From positions 1-64,000 of the forward strand of contig BCKQ01000021.1 in the NCBI GenBank assembly GCA_001600695.1: a stretch of DNA of 64,000 bases. Reading direction: 5' to 3'. Shown here in pieces: positions 1 through 11,377 of this stretch (positions are counted from its first letter, which is position 1; each line of letters begins with the position of its first letter). This DNA comes from Ascoidea asiatica JCM 7603. Its lineage: Eukaryota > Fungi > Ascomycota. The translations under genes and the position numbers were made by a program. Below the pieces are notes generated by a model. It saw only the letters and a program-made list of their open reading frames with translations. It was not told the origin of the DNA and did not search any database.

Positions 1-1917
1 AGTCATCAAGATCACATCAAAGCTGGTTCTAAGACCGATAAGAAATTGACAATTGGTAAATCAGAAGGTGTTAAAATAGGTCATGAAGATAAATTGAGAA
101 TCATTGAAAAAGAGAAAGATAAAACAGAAAAAAATACTTCGAGTTATATGAATAAAAATGGCGATATTGTATCTAAGAGTAATTCCTTTAAAGAGATTGA
201 TGGAGAATCAGATTCCAAAGGGAAATCTAATAGAATGTCTATTGGTAAGACCTTTAGCGGTTTTTCGTCATGGCTTAAAGGAAGTGCAGAGTCTTCTAAA
301 GATAAATCTCAGTCGGTTAGTGGTTCTAGTGGTGTTGAGAGTATTACTAAGTCTGTTAATTCTCATGAAACTGGTGATAATGATACTTCATCATTGTCTA
401 ACTATACAGGCTCTACGAATATTGTTCCGTCGGTCACATCTATGAGCTCTTCAGTGGTTGATGGTTCTTATGAGGTTGCGTCTGGAAAAGTTATCTCTTC
501 TGTAAATAAGGGTAAAAGCTCATTAGTTTCTGGTTTAAAGTCATCTTATGGTTTGAAAGATAATTCTACATTAGATTCTAAATTAGAAAATGATTTATCT
601 AGGTCTAATATTATTGATGAAACTCTAAATGAAGCAGGTTCTGTTAGACCTTCTAGCATTGAGATAAATAAAGTTTCTGATTCAATTACAGTTTCTAAAA
701 TTGAGTCTACTGGTTCTATGCTGAACAATGTATCTGATTCTTCAGATAGTAATTGGGAATATATTGTTGATTCTGAGTCAAAGTCTAAAATAATTGATAA
801 TAGTATTAAACAGGAGACTAATTATGAAGTTAGTACTGAAGATCTAAAATTAATTGAAAAAGAAAATGGATTTAAATTTAAATCTGATACTAAGGCAATT
901 AGTGCACCAAAAGAAATAGTTGAATTAGATAAAGATAAAAAATTAGAATTTAAATATGGATATTCAGATTGTACTGGAACTAAAAAAGCATTACTTATTG
1001 GAATTGATTATTCTACTGGTAAATCAAATAAAGAGAATGAAACATGTTTTAATGATATTAAGAATATGAAAAATTTTTTACTTGAAAATGGATTTTTAAA
1101 TGAGAATATAATTTTATTAAGTGATTCATTTGAAGATGATGATAAATTACCATTAAGAGAGAATATCATTGAAAAAATGAGTTGGTTAGTTAAAGAGTGT
1201 AAGAGAAATGATTCGTTAGTATTTCATTATAGTGGACATGCAGGAATTACCAAAGATCGTACCAATTTAGAATTTGATGGAAATTCAGAAATTATATATC
1301 CATCAGATTTTTTTAAGAATGGAGTTATTATTGATTGTGAATTACATGATATGTTAATAAAGCCATTAGTTTTAGGATGTAAATTAACAGCAATTTTTGA
1401 TTGTTGTCATTCAGGATCAATTATTAATTTACCATATATGTATGGATATGATTGTGTTTTAAAAGAACCTAGTGTGATGGATGATGTTAAAAATGGAATT
1501 TTAGATTCATTTGTTAGTTCAATTGCTTCAGGTAGTATAGTACCAATTGATATAATTAATTTAGTTGCAAATGCAGCATTTAAAGAAAAAAATAATAATA
1601 ATTTATTTTCAAAACAAATTAGAGTTAATAGATCAAGTGGTGATGTTATTCAATTGAATAGTTTTAAAGATATTAATAAGAAAAAAAGTAATTTGAAAAA
1701 TAATAATAATAGTAATAATAATAAAAAGGGTAAAAAATTTGGTACAATGTCATCAACATTTATTGAAGTTATGAATATTAATAAGAAATTAAATGGTAAG
1801 CAAAGTATTTCAAGTTTATTGGATAATTGTCACCAGATTTTGGAAAGTAGATTCAATCAACAACCACAATTTAATGCTTCACATCCTATTGATGGTAATA
1901 TTGAATTTTTAATCTAG
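1..1917 (+). CDS. MCA1: Divergent metacaspase (peptidase C14) with long Ser-rich N-terminal region; 5'-partial
   Basis: Frame is open from base 1 (the ORF-track start at 46 is a TTG). Motifs YSDCTGTKKALLIGI, FHYSGHAG (catalytic His), AIFDCCHSG (catalytic Cys), and C-terminal QQPQFNASHPID. Confidence 0.85.
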   Translation, partial: SHQDHIKAGSKTDKKLTIGKSEGVKIGHEDKLRIIEKEKDKTEKNTSSYMNKNGDIVSKSNSFKEIDGESDSKGKSNRMSIGKTFSGFSSWLKGSAESSKDKSQSVSGSSGVESITKSVNSHETGDNDTSSLSNYTGSTNIVPSVTSMSSSVVDGSYEVASGKVISSVNKGKSSLVSGLKSSYGLKDNSTLDSKLENDLSRSNIIDETLNEAGSVRPSSIEINKVSDSITVSKIESTGSMLNNVSDSSDSNWEYIVDSESKSKIIDNSIKQETNYEVSTEDLKLIEKENGFKFKSDTKAISAPKEIVELDKDKKLEFKYGYSDCTGTKKALLIGIDYSTGKSNKENETCFNDIKNMKNFLLENGFLNENIILLSDSFEDDDKLPLRENIIEKMSWLVKECKRNDSLVFHYSGHAGITKDRTNLEFDGNSEIIYPSDFFKNGVIIDCELHDMLIKPLVLGCKLTAIFDCCHSGSIINLPYMYGYDCVLKEPSVMDDVKNGILDSFVSSIASGSIVPIDIINLVANAAFKEKNNNNLFSKQIRVNRSSGDVIQLNSFKDINKKKSNLKNNNNSNNNKKGKKFGTMSSTFIEVMNINKKLNGKQSISSLLDNCHQILESRFNQQPQFNASHPIDGNIEFLI

Positions 1918-2412
1918 TTTAAGTTCTAAATTGAAATGAACTTTATGTTTTTGTTTTTGTTTTTGATTTTGTTTTTGTTTTTGTTTTAATATTTATTTTA
2001 ATATTTATTTTACTTTTTGTTTATATTATTTTTGAAATTATATTTGTTTTGAATAGTTTTTTTTTTTTATTAGTTTACTTTTTTTATATATTTACTTTTT
2101 TTGCATTTTCGCAACTTTAATCAATTAATTTTTTTTGCTCAAATATGTTTTTCTTTTATTGTAAGTTAGCAAGTTTTGTAAAAATTAAATAAATTTTTAA
2201 ATTAATTTTGTTTAATACTAGTTGTTTAAGTTCAAGTCTACTAAATAAAGGCATTCAGTTTTCAGAGTATCACTTTTGAATTTATCATACCCAGGAACTA
2301 ATTTGGAAATACTAATTAAAATACTGATGAAATTGGAGAAAGTGAAATGTTTATGATGTTTTTTTCTTACTATTAAACAAAATTTGCTAATTTAAAATAA
2401 TTAAAGCAATAA

Positions 2413-2457
2413 ATAGATACATAGATACATAGATACATAGATACTTAGATACTTAGA
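2413..2457. repeat. 8-bp tandem repeat (ATAGATAC/TTAGATAC)
   Basis: About 5 copies read directly in intergenic DNA. Confidence 0.7.
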
Positions 2458-3121
2458 AGATAAATGAATAGTCTTTACTTTTTCATTTTAAAATCTATTC
2501 AAAGTATTTCATATCAACCTAAACAGATTAATCTTCGAGATGATTGTTCTTTATTTTACATCTGTTATATAAACCAATTTTTGTCAGTTGCTATTCACTA
2601 GAAATAAAGAAGTTAATAGATATCTGACTTTTATAAAACAAATGCACTGCTTTAACAAAGTTAACATTTTTAACATATTTAACATAGTTAACATTCTTCT
2701 CGTATTTCTCAGTGACTTAATCACTTGTTCGGCATCTCGGCAAGCAAGAAAGGGAAGAGATGCATATTTCTGCATGTAATACCTTATTGTTCTCCGAACT
2801 TTATTTTCAACAACAAAGAAGCAATTAAGCAATGAAAATTTATAACATTATAGTATTATAACATTAATATCACTGGAGAAAAGGTAAATATTGCTTTTTC
2901 AGAGTTATACTTCTTTCTATAATATGAGAAAGTAATTGTAGATTATTTCTTTTTATTATTCTATTGACAAATAAATACAAATTAGCAAGCAATTAATAAT
3001 AATTAGTATGTAAATTGATTTTAGTATGTGATTTTTTCAAGATTTTGAAATTGAAATTATCATTCCATAGTTAAAAAATTAATATAAAAAATCAATCCCT
3101 ATTACTATTCCAAATATATAT

Positions 3122-3625
3122 ATGAATGGTGGTAATATGGGACCATATATTAATGGTGGTAATATTGGACCATATATTATTGGAAATGTAATTAAATTAA
3201 AAACAAATGGTATTGAAATTTATGCAAAAAATTTTATTTAAAATAGTGAAAAATCAATTAAAATTATTAATGTTAATGAAATTAAAAATGAAAGTAAATT
3301 AATGAATGAAAAATATAAAAAAATTATTAACAAATCCTCATTTTATTAATTATTATAAACTTATTCAAAGTAATAGTTCATATAGAATTGTTAAAGATTA
3401 TATTTCAAATAATAATAATCTTCATTATATAATTAAAAAAAATAAAAATAAACATAAAAATAACAAGAGATTTGGTCAATTGATATTATTTTATATGAAT
3501 TAATTACAAGAAATTTATCAAAATCATTGAATGAACAATATAAAGTCAAATTTCCTGAAGGTATTATACTTAATCCATTAATTATTGATTTAATTCAAAA
3601 TATTCTTAATATTAATTCATTCATG
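3122..3625 (+). pseudogene. Decayed Ser/Thr protein kinase remnant
   Basis: Collinear fragments: IGPYIIGNVI..IYAKNFI*NSEKSIKII (subdomains I-II, stop at 3239); frameshift to LLTNPHFINYYKLIQSNSSYRIVKDYI (III-V); then from 3464 QEIWSIDIILYELITR..YKVKFP..IIDLIQNILNIN (IX-XI). No HRD/DFG/APE. Confidence 0.7.
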
Positions 3626-4274
3626 GTTTCTCGAGAGAAGACAGAACAATGCAAACTCAGGAATAAAAGGACAAAATATGTCCTGGATCTTTCCTTGTCC
3701 AAGATGGAGACCTATTCTCGGACAACCTTTATAACCAGGATTGAGAAAGATCCCATTAGCGCAAACTCTGCGTTGTCTTTCCTTTCCGGATACTTCTGCG
3801 CTGTTTGTGCCACGGTGGCCTTTAACAATTTGTTGGTTATGCGTGAAACACGTGCCTTAATTTTTTATTTTCTTCTGCGCGCCGTACTGCGTATCCAGGG
3901 ACCTGGGTCATTCATTTCTACAGTTTTCAGCCTGAATTGTGGCGTAGAGTGTGTGCTTACGTAATTATTTACTTTGTTTTGTTTACTTTTTGTTGAATCA
4001 AAACAAAGTGAGATGTAATTAAATCACTACAGTAAGTTTACGTTATTTAGTTTTATTTTCTTATTTTTTTATTTTTTTATTTTTTTATTATTTATTTATT
4101 TATTATCTTGAATATATTAATCAATCCATTGATTAAAAACATTTTTTAGATAAATTATAATATATTTATAAAATAAAAAAAAAATCAATAAAAATTATAT
4201 ATATATTCAATAATATATAATTCTTATTCTTAAATACCCTTTTTTTTTTTATTTTTTAATCAATTTTTAAAAAA

Positions 4275-7200
4275 ATGCTTGATGATCTATCATATCTTCA
4301 ACCAAGTAAGTAAATTATATCATATTACTATATTATATTATATTAAAAGAATATATCATTCTAACTAACATTTCTTTAATTTTATTCCATTTAGATTTTA
4401 ATCCAAAAACTTTAAAAGTTGCTCAATTAAGAAGTATATTCGTTGAACATGAAATTAATTATCCATCAAATGCAAAAAAATCTGAACTTTTAAAAATTTT
4501 TGAAGAAAAAATTAAACCAATTTCAAAACAAATTTTAAAAAATTATAATTCTATATTACCTAATGATAATGGTATTTTAAATGTTAATGATCCTAATAAT
4601 AATAATTATATTAATGATATTAATGTTGATGATACTATTATAAATATTAATAATAATAATATTAATAATAATAATCCAAGGACTCCAACTCCTGAACCAC
4701 AACCTGATTTACATGTTGAAAAATTAAGAAAATCAAGATCAAGATCTCCAAGAAAATCTTCAATTCCTTTAACTACTAGAATAACAAGATCTAAATCTCC
4801 AAGAAAAGTATCAATTAAACAATCTGAAAAACCTTTAGATATTAATGAGACTAATATACAAGTAAATAAAAGAATAACAAGATCAAGATCTCCAAGAAAA
4901 GTTTCAATTAAAGAAAAAGTATCCTTAATTCCAAATCAAATATCAAATGATAATCAATTAATTAATGAAATTATTAATGATAATGATAATGAAAATGATA
5001 ACTCCAATATTTTAAAACCTAAATCTCCAAAAAGATTAACTTCTTCAACAAAAAGATCTCCATCTCCAAAGAGATCTCCAAGAAGATCTCCAAGAAAAAA
5101 AAGAGTTACAAGTTCTAATTCAAATAATCTTGATACTGAAATTGAAAAAGAAAATAAAAACAAAGAAATTGAAATAAAAAATGAAAAACCAATTGAAATA
5201 TCAAATGAAAATGAAATTGAAAATGAAAATGAAAATGAAATTCAATTATCAAAATTAAATCCACAAGATAATCAATTATTAAATACAAATTTAAAATCAA
5301 ATAAATTGACTAAATCTAATAAAATAATTAAAGTAAATAAAATAACTAAAAATAAATTATCAACAAGTAGAAAATCTTCAAAAAAATTGAAAAAACCTTC
5401 TCCATCTCCAACTCCCACTCCAGAACCAGATCAAGTACCTGAAAATGTAATTGAGAAATTACCAGAATTAGAAAATCTTGAAAATAAAAAAATTGAAATT
5501 CCAAAACAACATATATTAAAACCTACTAAACAAATTAAAGAATCATTAGATCAAAAACCAAAACTTGAAATTGAAATTGAAAATGAAATTGAAAATAAAA
5601 TCAAAAATGAAAATCAAGAAAAAGATTTAATAAGTAAAACTCCAATATCTTTAAATTCAAAAAATTTAATCACTGATATTAAACAAGATTCTGTTTTTTC
5701 AACAAGAAATTCATTTCAATTATTTTCTTCTTCTCCTGATTCAAAATCAAATTCACATTCAAATCATAAAAAAATTAAAAAACGTTTAATTGATGAAGTT
5801 GAAAATGATGATAAAATAATTAGTTCATTTTCACATTCAAAAAATTCAAAATTAAATCAAATTTCTGTACCTAAAAAAATTCAAAAGAAAAATAATAATA
5901 ATAATAATAACAATAATGAAATTAAACAAATGAATTCATTTCCTTTAAGTTCTGACGATGAAGAAAGTGAAGTATTTATTAAATCAATCAATAAAAAACA
6001 AAATGATAATAATAATATTGATAATTATAATAATATTGATAATTATAATAATAATAGTAATAATAATGATATTAATATTGATGATGATTATGAGAATGAT
6101 AATGATTATCAAAAGACTCCATCTCCTTCAAAGAAAAATAAAATATTTAATAAAAATTTAGATTTATTTAATACTGATGAAAATATAGATAAAGAAGAAG
6201 ATGATGAATTATTTAATAGTTTTATGGCTGTAACTGAAGAAAACAATTTAAAAAGAGAAAAAAAAAAAGAAAAATCTGATGATTCTTTAATTGATAAAAC
6301 TATTTCAAATAAAAATAAAAAACCTAGTGGCTTTAAACCAAATTTTGCAAATTTAATGAATCAAGGAATGATGGAACAATTAGGTATAACTGTTCAAGGT
6401 AAAGCACCTCCAATTTCTTTTGCTCCAAAACAAGTTTCAACTCCAATTAAAAAAAGAGAAAACTTTAAAAATGAAGAGAATATTATTCAAAATGTAAATA
6501 ATAATTTTCAAAATGAAAGAAAAAATTCATCTTCTATTGATAATTCTAAAGTTTCAATAAAACAAACACCTAATAAAAATTCAGTGAAGAATACTCCAAA
6601 GAAAAAAGAATTTCTAGTTTCAAAGAAAAAATCAGATAATTTTGGAAATATTAAAAGAACTCCACTTAAAACAGTATTTAATACAGAAAGTATGTCAATT
6701 AAAAAAGAACCAAGACTTTCATTTCCTTCAATTCCTAGAGTTACAAAAGATGAAGTTAAAATTCAAAAACCTTTGATAACTAAAGAAGATTTGCCTCCAA
6801 ATATAAGTATATTAAGAGATGAAAAAACTATTTATTTAGATGCTGATGATATTTTAGGAAATGAAACTTTTAGATCTATAAAAGCTGAAAATAAATCTTC
6901 ATATCTTGAACCAGATGAAGATTTTGAACCTGAAGATATGGAAGAAATTAAAGAAATTAAAGAAATGGAAGAAATGGAAGATGATGAAGATGATGAAACA
7001 TTTTATCCAGAAAATACAGAAATTGATTATTCATCAGAAGATGATATAGATTCTATGGAATATAATGAAGAGAATAAAAATGAAGAATTTAAAAAAATTA
7101 AAAATTTACTGATTGAAAAAGTGAATAAAATAAAGATTCCAAGTTTAATAAAACCTACAACATGGAAAGATTATTTTAAACAAACAATTTGTTTATTTTT

Positions 7201-8646
7201 ACTTGGATTATTTATGTTTTTAATAATTTGGTATCGTAAACAAGTTATTTTAGTTGGATTTTGTGGTAATTCAATTGATAAACCATTATTTGAAGAATAT
7301 TATGGTGATGAAAGATATGAAAGAATTTATCCATATTTAGAAAAAATTGAAAATTTTTATCAAGAAAATTTAAGACCAAATTGTATTGAATGTCCTTTAA
7401 ATTCAATTTGTTTTAAAAAACTTGAAATGAAATGTCAAGATGATTTTATTTTAGAAATTTCACCATATACATTAAATGGATTAATACCAATTCCATCAAA
7501 ATGTATTCCAGATAGAAAAAAAGCTCATAGAGTTCAATCAATGATTGATTTTTCATTAAGTTTATTAAGAAGTAAAAATGCAGGAGTTAATTGTGGTCAA
7601 GGAACAGATGAAGAAGCTGGATTAACATTAACAGAGCTTCATGATTTATTATTTAAAATGAAATCAGTAAGTTATTTCTACTATTTTTTTTTTTTTTTTT
7701 CATCCAAATTTAAAAAATCAATTATACTAACAAAGTTTTTTTATTTTTTTTATTTATTTTATTTATTTTTAGCCTTTAATATCTAATGAAGAATTTCAAG
7801 ATGTTTGGTCAAAAGCTTCAATAGAAATTGAAAATCAACCAGAAATAAGTGTAAGGCAAGTTTTTTAAGAATTTTTTCTTTTTTTTTTTTTTTTTTTTTC
7901 TTTTATTATCAAATTTTGGTAATTATTTATAAAACAATCTTACTAACTATAAATTTATTTTTTATTATTTATTTTTATTATTATAGGTTTACCATGTTGA
8001 ATATAGAGACACCATTGATGAAGAAGAATCCAATAACAACAATATTAAAGAAATCCAGGCGACAAATATTCAAACAAAGACAAAGACAAAGACAAAGACA
8101 ATTACAACGACAACAACAACAAAAACAACAACAACTGGTTTTCGCTCATTATCCAATTCAAACCTTAACTTTACCTGTCGTTCAAAATTATTAATAAATT
8201 CAATAATTGAGAAATATAAATATGAAATAATTTTAATAATTTTAATAATTTTAATTTTTAATTTAATAATTTATAAATATAATATTTATATTAAAAGAGA
8301 GAAAAAAATTAAGGATATAAATAATATAATAATAAAATTTTTAAAAAATCAATTAAAGAAATATTTAAAAGATGAAAGTGGATTAAGTAAAAATTATATA
8401 TCATTAATTGATTTAAGAAATTTAAATTTAATTAATGAAAATGGTAAAGAGAAAAAAATAATTTGGGATAAAATTGTTGAAAGAATTGAGAAAAATTCAA
8501 ATATTAGAGCACATTCAATGGAAGTTTATGGAGAAATTATGAGAACATGGCAATGGATTGGAGATATTGAGGATATTGAAGAATTAGAAGAATTTAATAA
8601 ATTTAAAAATTCTAATGAATCTAATAAATCTATTGGTGGTATGTGA
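4275..8646 (+). CDS. SRC1: Inner nuclear membrane LEM/HeH-MSC protein Src1/Heh1; 4 exons (4275-4305, 4395-7666, 7773-7850, 7987-8646), 1346 aa long isoform
   Basis: Spliced N-terminus MLDDLSYLQPNFNPKTLKVAQLRSIFVEHEINYPSNAKK is a HeH/LEM domain. TM1 is followed by a luminal Cys motif (VGFCG, PNCIECPLNSIC, CIPD). The last exon has TM2 and the MSC terminus EVYGEIMRTWQWIG. All junctions keep frame. Confidence 0.92.
4306..4394 (+). other. SRC1 intron 1
   Basis: GTAAGT donor, AACTAAC branch-like site at 4363-4369, TTAG acceptor; splicing restores the LEM domain. Confidence 0.9.
7667..7772 (+). other. SRC1 intron 2
   Basis: GTAAGT donor, TACTAAC at 7725-7731, T-rich tract, TAG acceptor; phase 0. 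Confidence 0.9.
7851..7986 (+). other. SRC1 intron 3 with two overlapping donors (GTAAGG at 7851, GCAAGT at 7856)
   Basis: TACTAAC at 7941-7947 and TAG acceptor ending 7986. The 7851 donor gives the full MSC frame. The 7856 donor gives an alternative frame open to TAA at 8192-8194. Confidence 0.85.
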
Positions 8647-9025
8647 ATTGTAATATACAATTGAATAATTTAATGAAATTATAAATATATTATTTATACT
8701 ATTTTTTTTGTATAGATTTATATATTTATATATAATTTTTTGTATATAATTTTTGTAAATGTTTTTTTTTTTTAAATGTTTTATTTATTTTATTTTATTT
8801 TATTTTCTTATTTTAATTGCTTATTATTATATTTTTTTGCTTTATTAATTTATTCTTTCTTAATTCTTAATTCTTAAATTCTTAAATTCTCAAATTCTAC
8901 TTAATTATAATAAATATACCCTTTTTAGATTTTTTATATAATATAAAAATAAATTATTTTTTACATTTCACTACAATTTATTTCAAATAATTATACAATA
9001 ATTATATTTTTAATAAAATTTTTTA

Positions 9026-9337
9026 TTATTTTTGTTGAGATTCTAAAAATTTAACTTGAGATTCTAAAGATTTTATAGATTTTTGTAAAGATAAAACATC
9101 AGAAATTATAGCACTACTTGCATTTCTATATTCATCCAAAAGATAATAATATGAACAGAACCCAGTTAATGAAGAACCAATTAAAAAACCAAAAAAACCA
9201 GATTTAAAAGATCCATTTTTTTTATTATTTGATTTTTTTATTAAAATATTTGGATTTGAAGATTTTATAGATTCAGAAAATTTTGAAGTTGTTGAAAAAA
9301 CACGACGTAAAGTTAAACGAGATATTTGAGAAAGCAT
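9026..9337 (-). CDS. Small conserved fungal mitochondrial membrane protein (uncharacterised)
   Basis: Arg/Ser-rich presequence MLSQISRLTLRRVFST, a single TM (GFFGFLIGSSLTGFCSYYYLLDEY) and a C-terminal coiled coil. Confidence 0.8.
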   Translation of the reverse strand: MLSQISRLTLRRVFSTTSKFSESIKSSNPNILIKKSNNKKNGSFKSGFFGFLIGSSLTGFCSYYYLLDEYRNASSAIISDVLSLQKSIKSLESQVKFLESQQK

Positions 9338-9650
9338 TTTTTTTTATTATTGATAATAATAATCAGAATATTAAATGAATTGAATATAAGTAATGATACT
9401 GAAATATGTATATATGTATAAATATATTGAATTGAATTGAGTTGAATCAAGATCAAGATGAGATTTGATTGTTTTTTGTTGATTCAAATAAAGGTTTATT
9501 CTCAGTGATTACTTTGTTATTATATTTGTTATTATATTATTATATTATTGTTCACTGCTTGAATCTGGCCAATAATCAGGCAGACAGTGGATCCGGCGGT
9601 CCGGAGCACGGAAATGAGAGTAAATCAGCGCGGATGTAGACTGTTTCCGT

Positions 9651-9673
9651 GTTACGTAACTGATTACGTAATC
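9651..9673. promoter_or_regulatory. Two adjacent palindromic bZIP-type sites (GTTACGTAAC, GATTACGTAATC) in a divergent promoter
   Basis: Perfect 10- and 12-bp palindromes with a TTACGTAA core, in a GC-rich island upstream of GTR2. Confidence 0.5.
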
Positions 9674-9812
9674 TCGCCAATTTTGAATTTAAATAAAACC
9701 AAAACAAACAAAGAAAGAAAGAAAGAAACAAAACAAAACAAAAGAAGATATCTGAGAAGAAAGAGAAGAAAGAGAAGAAGAGAGAGAAGAAGATAATAAA
9801 GATAATCTCATA

Positions 9813-11231
9813 ATGTCTGAAATGGATGCTGATAATACATTTGGCGATAATACATTTGGTGATAATGTATTTGGTGATAGTGAAACTATAGATGATCAAC
9901 AAAAACCAGATGCAAGAATAATTTTAATGGGTTTAAAAAGAAGTGGAAAAAGTTCAATAATTCAAACTGTATTTTATAATGCTGAACCTTATAATACTAT
10001 TTTATTAGAAACAACTTCAAAACCAGTTTCTTTTATTTTTGAATCTTTAATTAATCTTCATATAACTGAATTACCTGGTCAAGTTGATTATTTTCAAAAA
10101 TATTGGGATCAATTTCATACTTCAAATACTTTTGAAAATGCAAATTCAATAGTTTATGTAATTGATTGTCAAGATGAATATATGGCTTCTGTAAATAATT
10201 TTTTAAATATAGTTTCATATACAACTGATATTTCTCCAAATGTGAAATTTGATGTTCTTATTCATAAAATTGATGGATGTCCAGAAGATTTTAGAGATGA
10301 TATAGTTAGAGAAATTCAAGAAAAAATTAATTATTCTTTATATTCAATTGGTAAAGATACTTTAATAGATTATCATGCAACTTCAATTTATGATCAAAGT
10401 ATTTATGAAGTTTTAAGTATAATAATTTCAAAATTAATACCAAATTTATCTTCTTTAGATAATATCTTAGATCAATTGGTTTCTCATTCAAAAATTGAAA
10501 AAGCATTTTTATGTGATATTAAAACAAAATTATATCTTGTTACTGATTCAAGTCCATTTAGACCTGATTTATATGAACTTTGTTCTCAATATATTGATTT
10601 ATGTGTAGATTTAAATAATCTTTATGTTACTAAAAATAATGATAATATTATTGCTGATGAAAAATTAGATAATGATTATAATAATCAATTTGTCCAAGAA
10701 AATAATTTTTATAATAATAATAATAATAATAATAACATTGATGATAATGAGAGTGAAAATAGTAATGATAATGATAATGATAATGATAGTGAAAGCAATA
10801 ATGACAACCAGGGTGACAATTATACTAATACAAGTTCAAAAAATTCTCTCAATAACAATAACAATAACAATAACAATAACAATAATACAAATAATAATTA
10901 CCATAATGATAATGATTATTTAAAAAATTCTAATAATAATAATAATAGAATTGAAGAAATTTCTTCATATTGTACTTTATTACCAGATATGAAAGTTTAT
11001 TTAAAACAAATGTTAAATACAATGTGTTTAGTTACTTATATTAAAGATGATAAATTAAATGATTCTTTAAATGGTCAATTAGCTTTAGATTTTAATACTA
11101 ATATTTTTCAACAAGGTTTATCTAAATTAATGAAAATTTCAAAAAAAAATATGGAAAATGTTGATGATTTTATGGCAAAACAAATTAAAATTAAAGATAT
11201 TAAAAATAATAAAAATCTTTCAATGAATTAA
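9813..11231 (+). CDS. GTR2: Rag GTPase Gtr2 (RagC/D)
   Basis: ILMGLKRSGKSSI P-loop, ELPGQ, IHKIDG, TSIYDQSIYE, IEKAFL roadblock domain with an Asn-rich insertion. Confidence 0.93.
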   Translation: MSEMDADNTFGDNTFGDNVFGDSETIDDQQKPDARIILMGLKRSGKSSIIQTVFYNAEPYNTILLETTSKPVSFIFESLINLHITELPGQVDYFQKYWDQFHTSNTFENANSIVYVIDCQDEYMASVNNFLNIVSYTTDISPNVKFDVLIHKIDGCPEDFRDDIVREIQEKINYSLYSIGKDTLIDYHATSIYDQSIYEVLSIIISKLIPNLSSLDNILDQLVSHSKIEKAFLCDIKTKLYLVTDSSPFRPDLYELCSQYIDLCVDLNNLYVTKNNDNIIADEKLDNDYNNQFVQENNFYNNNNNNNNIDDNESENSNDNDNDNDSESNNDNQGDNYTNTSSKNSLNNNNNNNNNNNNTNNNYHNDNDYLKNSNNNNNRIEEISSYCTLLPDMKVYLKQMLNTMCLVTYIKDDKLNDSLNGQLALDFNTNIFQQGLSKLMKISKKNMENVDDFMAKQIKIKDIKNNKNLSMN

Positions 11232-11377
11232 GATTAAAATAATTTAAATCCATTCAATATTTCATAACTTATTCATTATTCATTATTCATTATCTCATTT
11301 CACATATTATAATTATATAAATATATACATATATTGTATATATCTTAGTTCATTTTCTTATTTTATATTTTTCTTTA

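Noticed and set aside
3527-3964. 145-aa ORF as a real gene
   Set aside because: TTG start; the 5' part is the kinase remnant and the rest is a GC-rich promoter-like island upstream of SRC1.
5306-7786. 826-aa ORF as a standalone gene with a hydrophobic C-tail
   Set aside because: It is part of SRC1 exon 2 read into intron 2; the Phe/Tyr-rich tail is the intron's T-rich tract.
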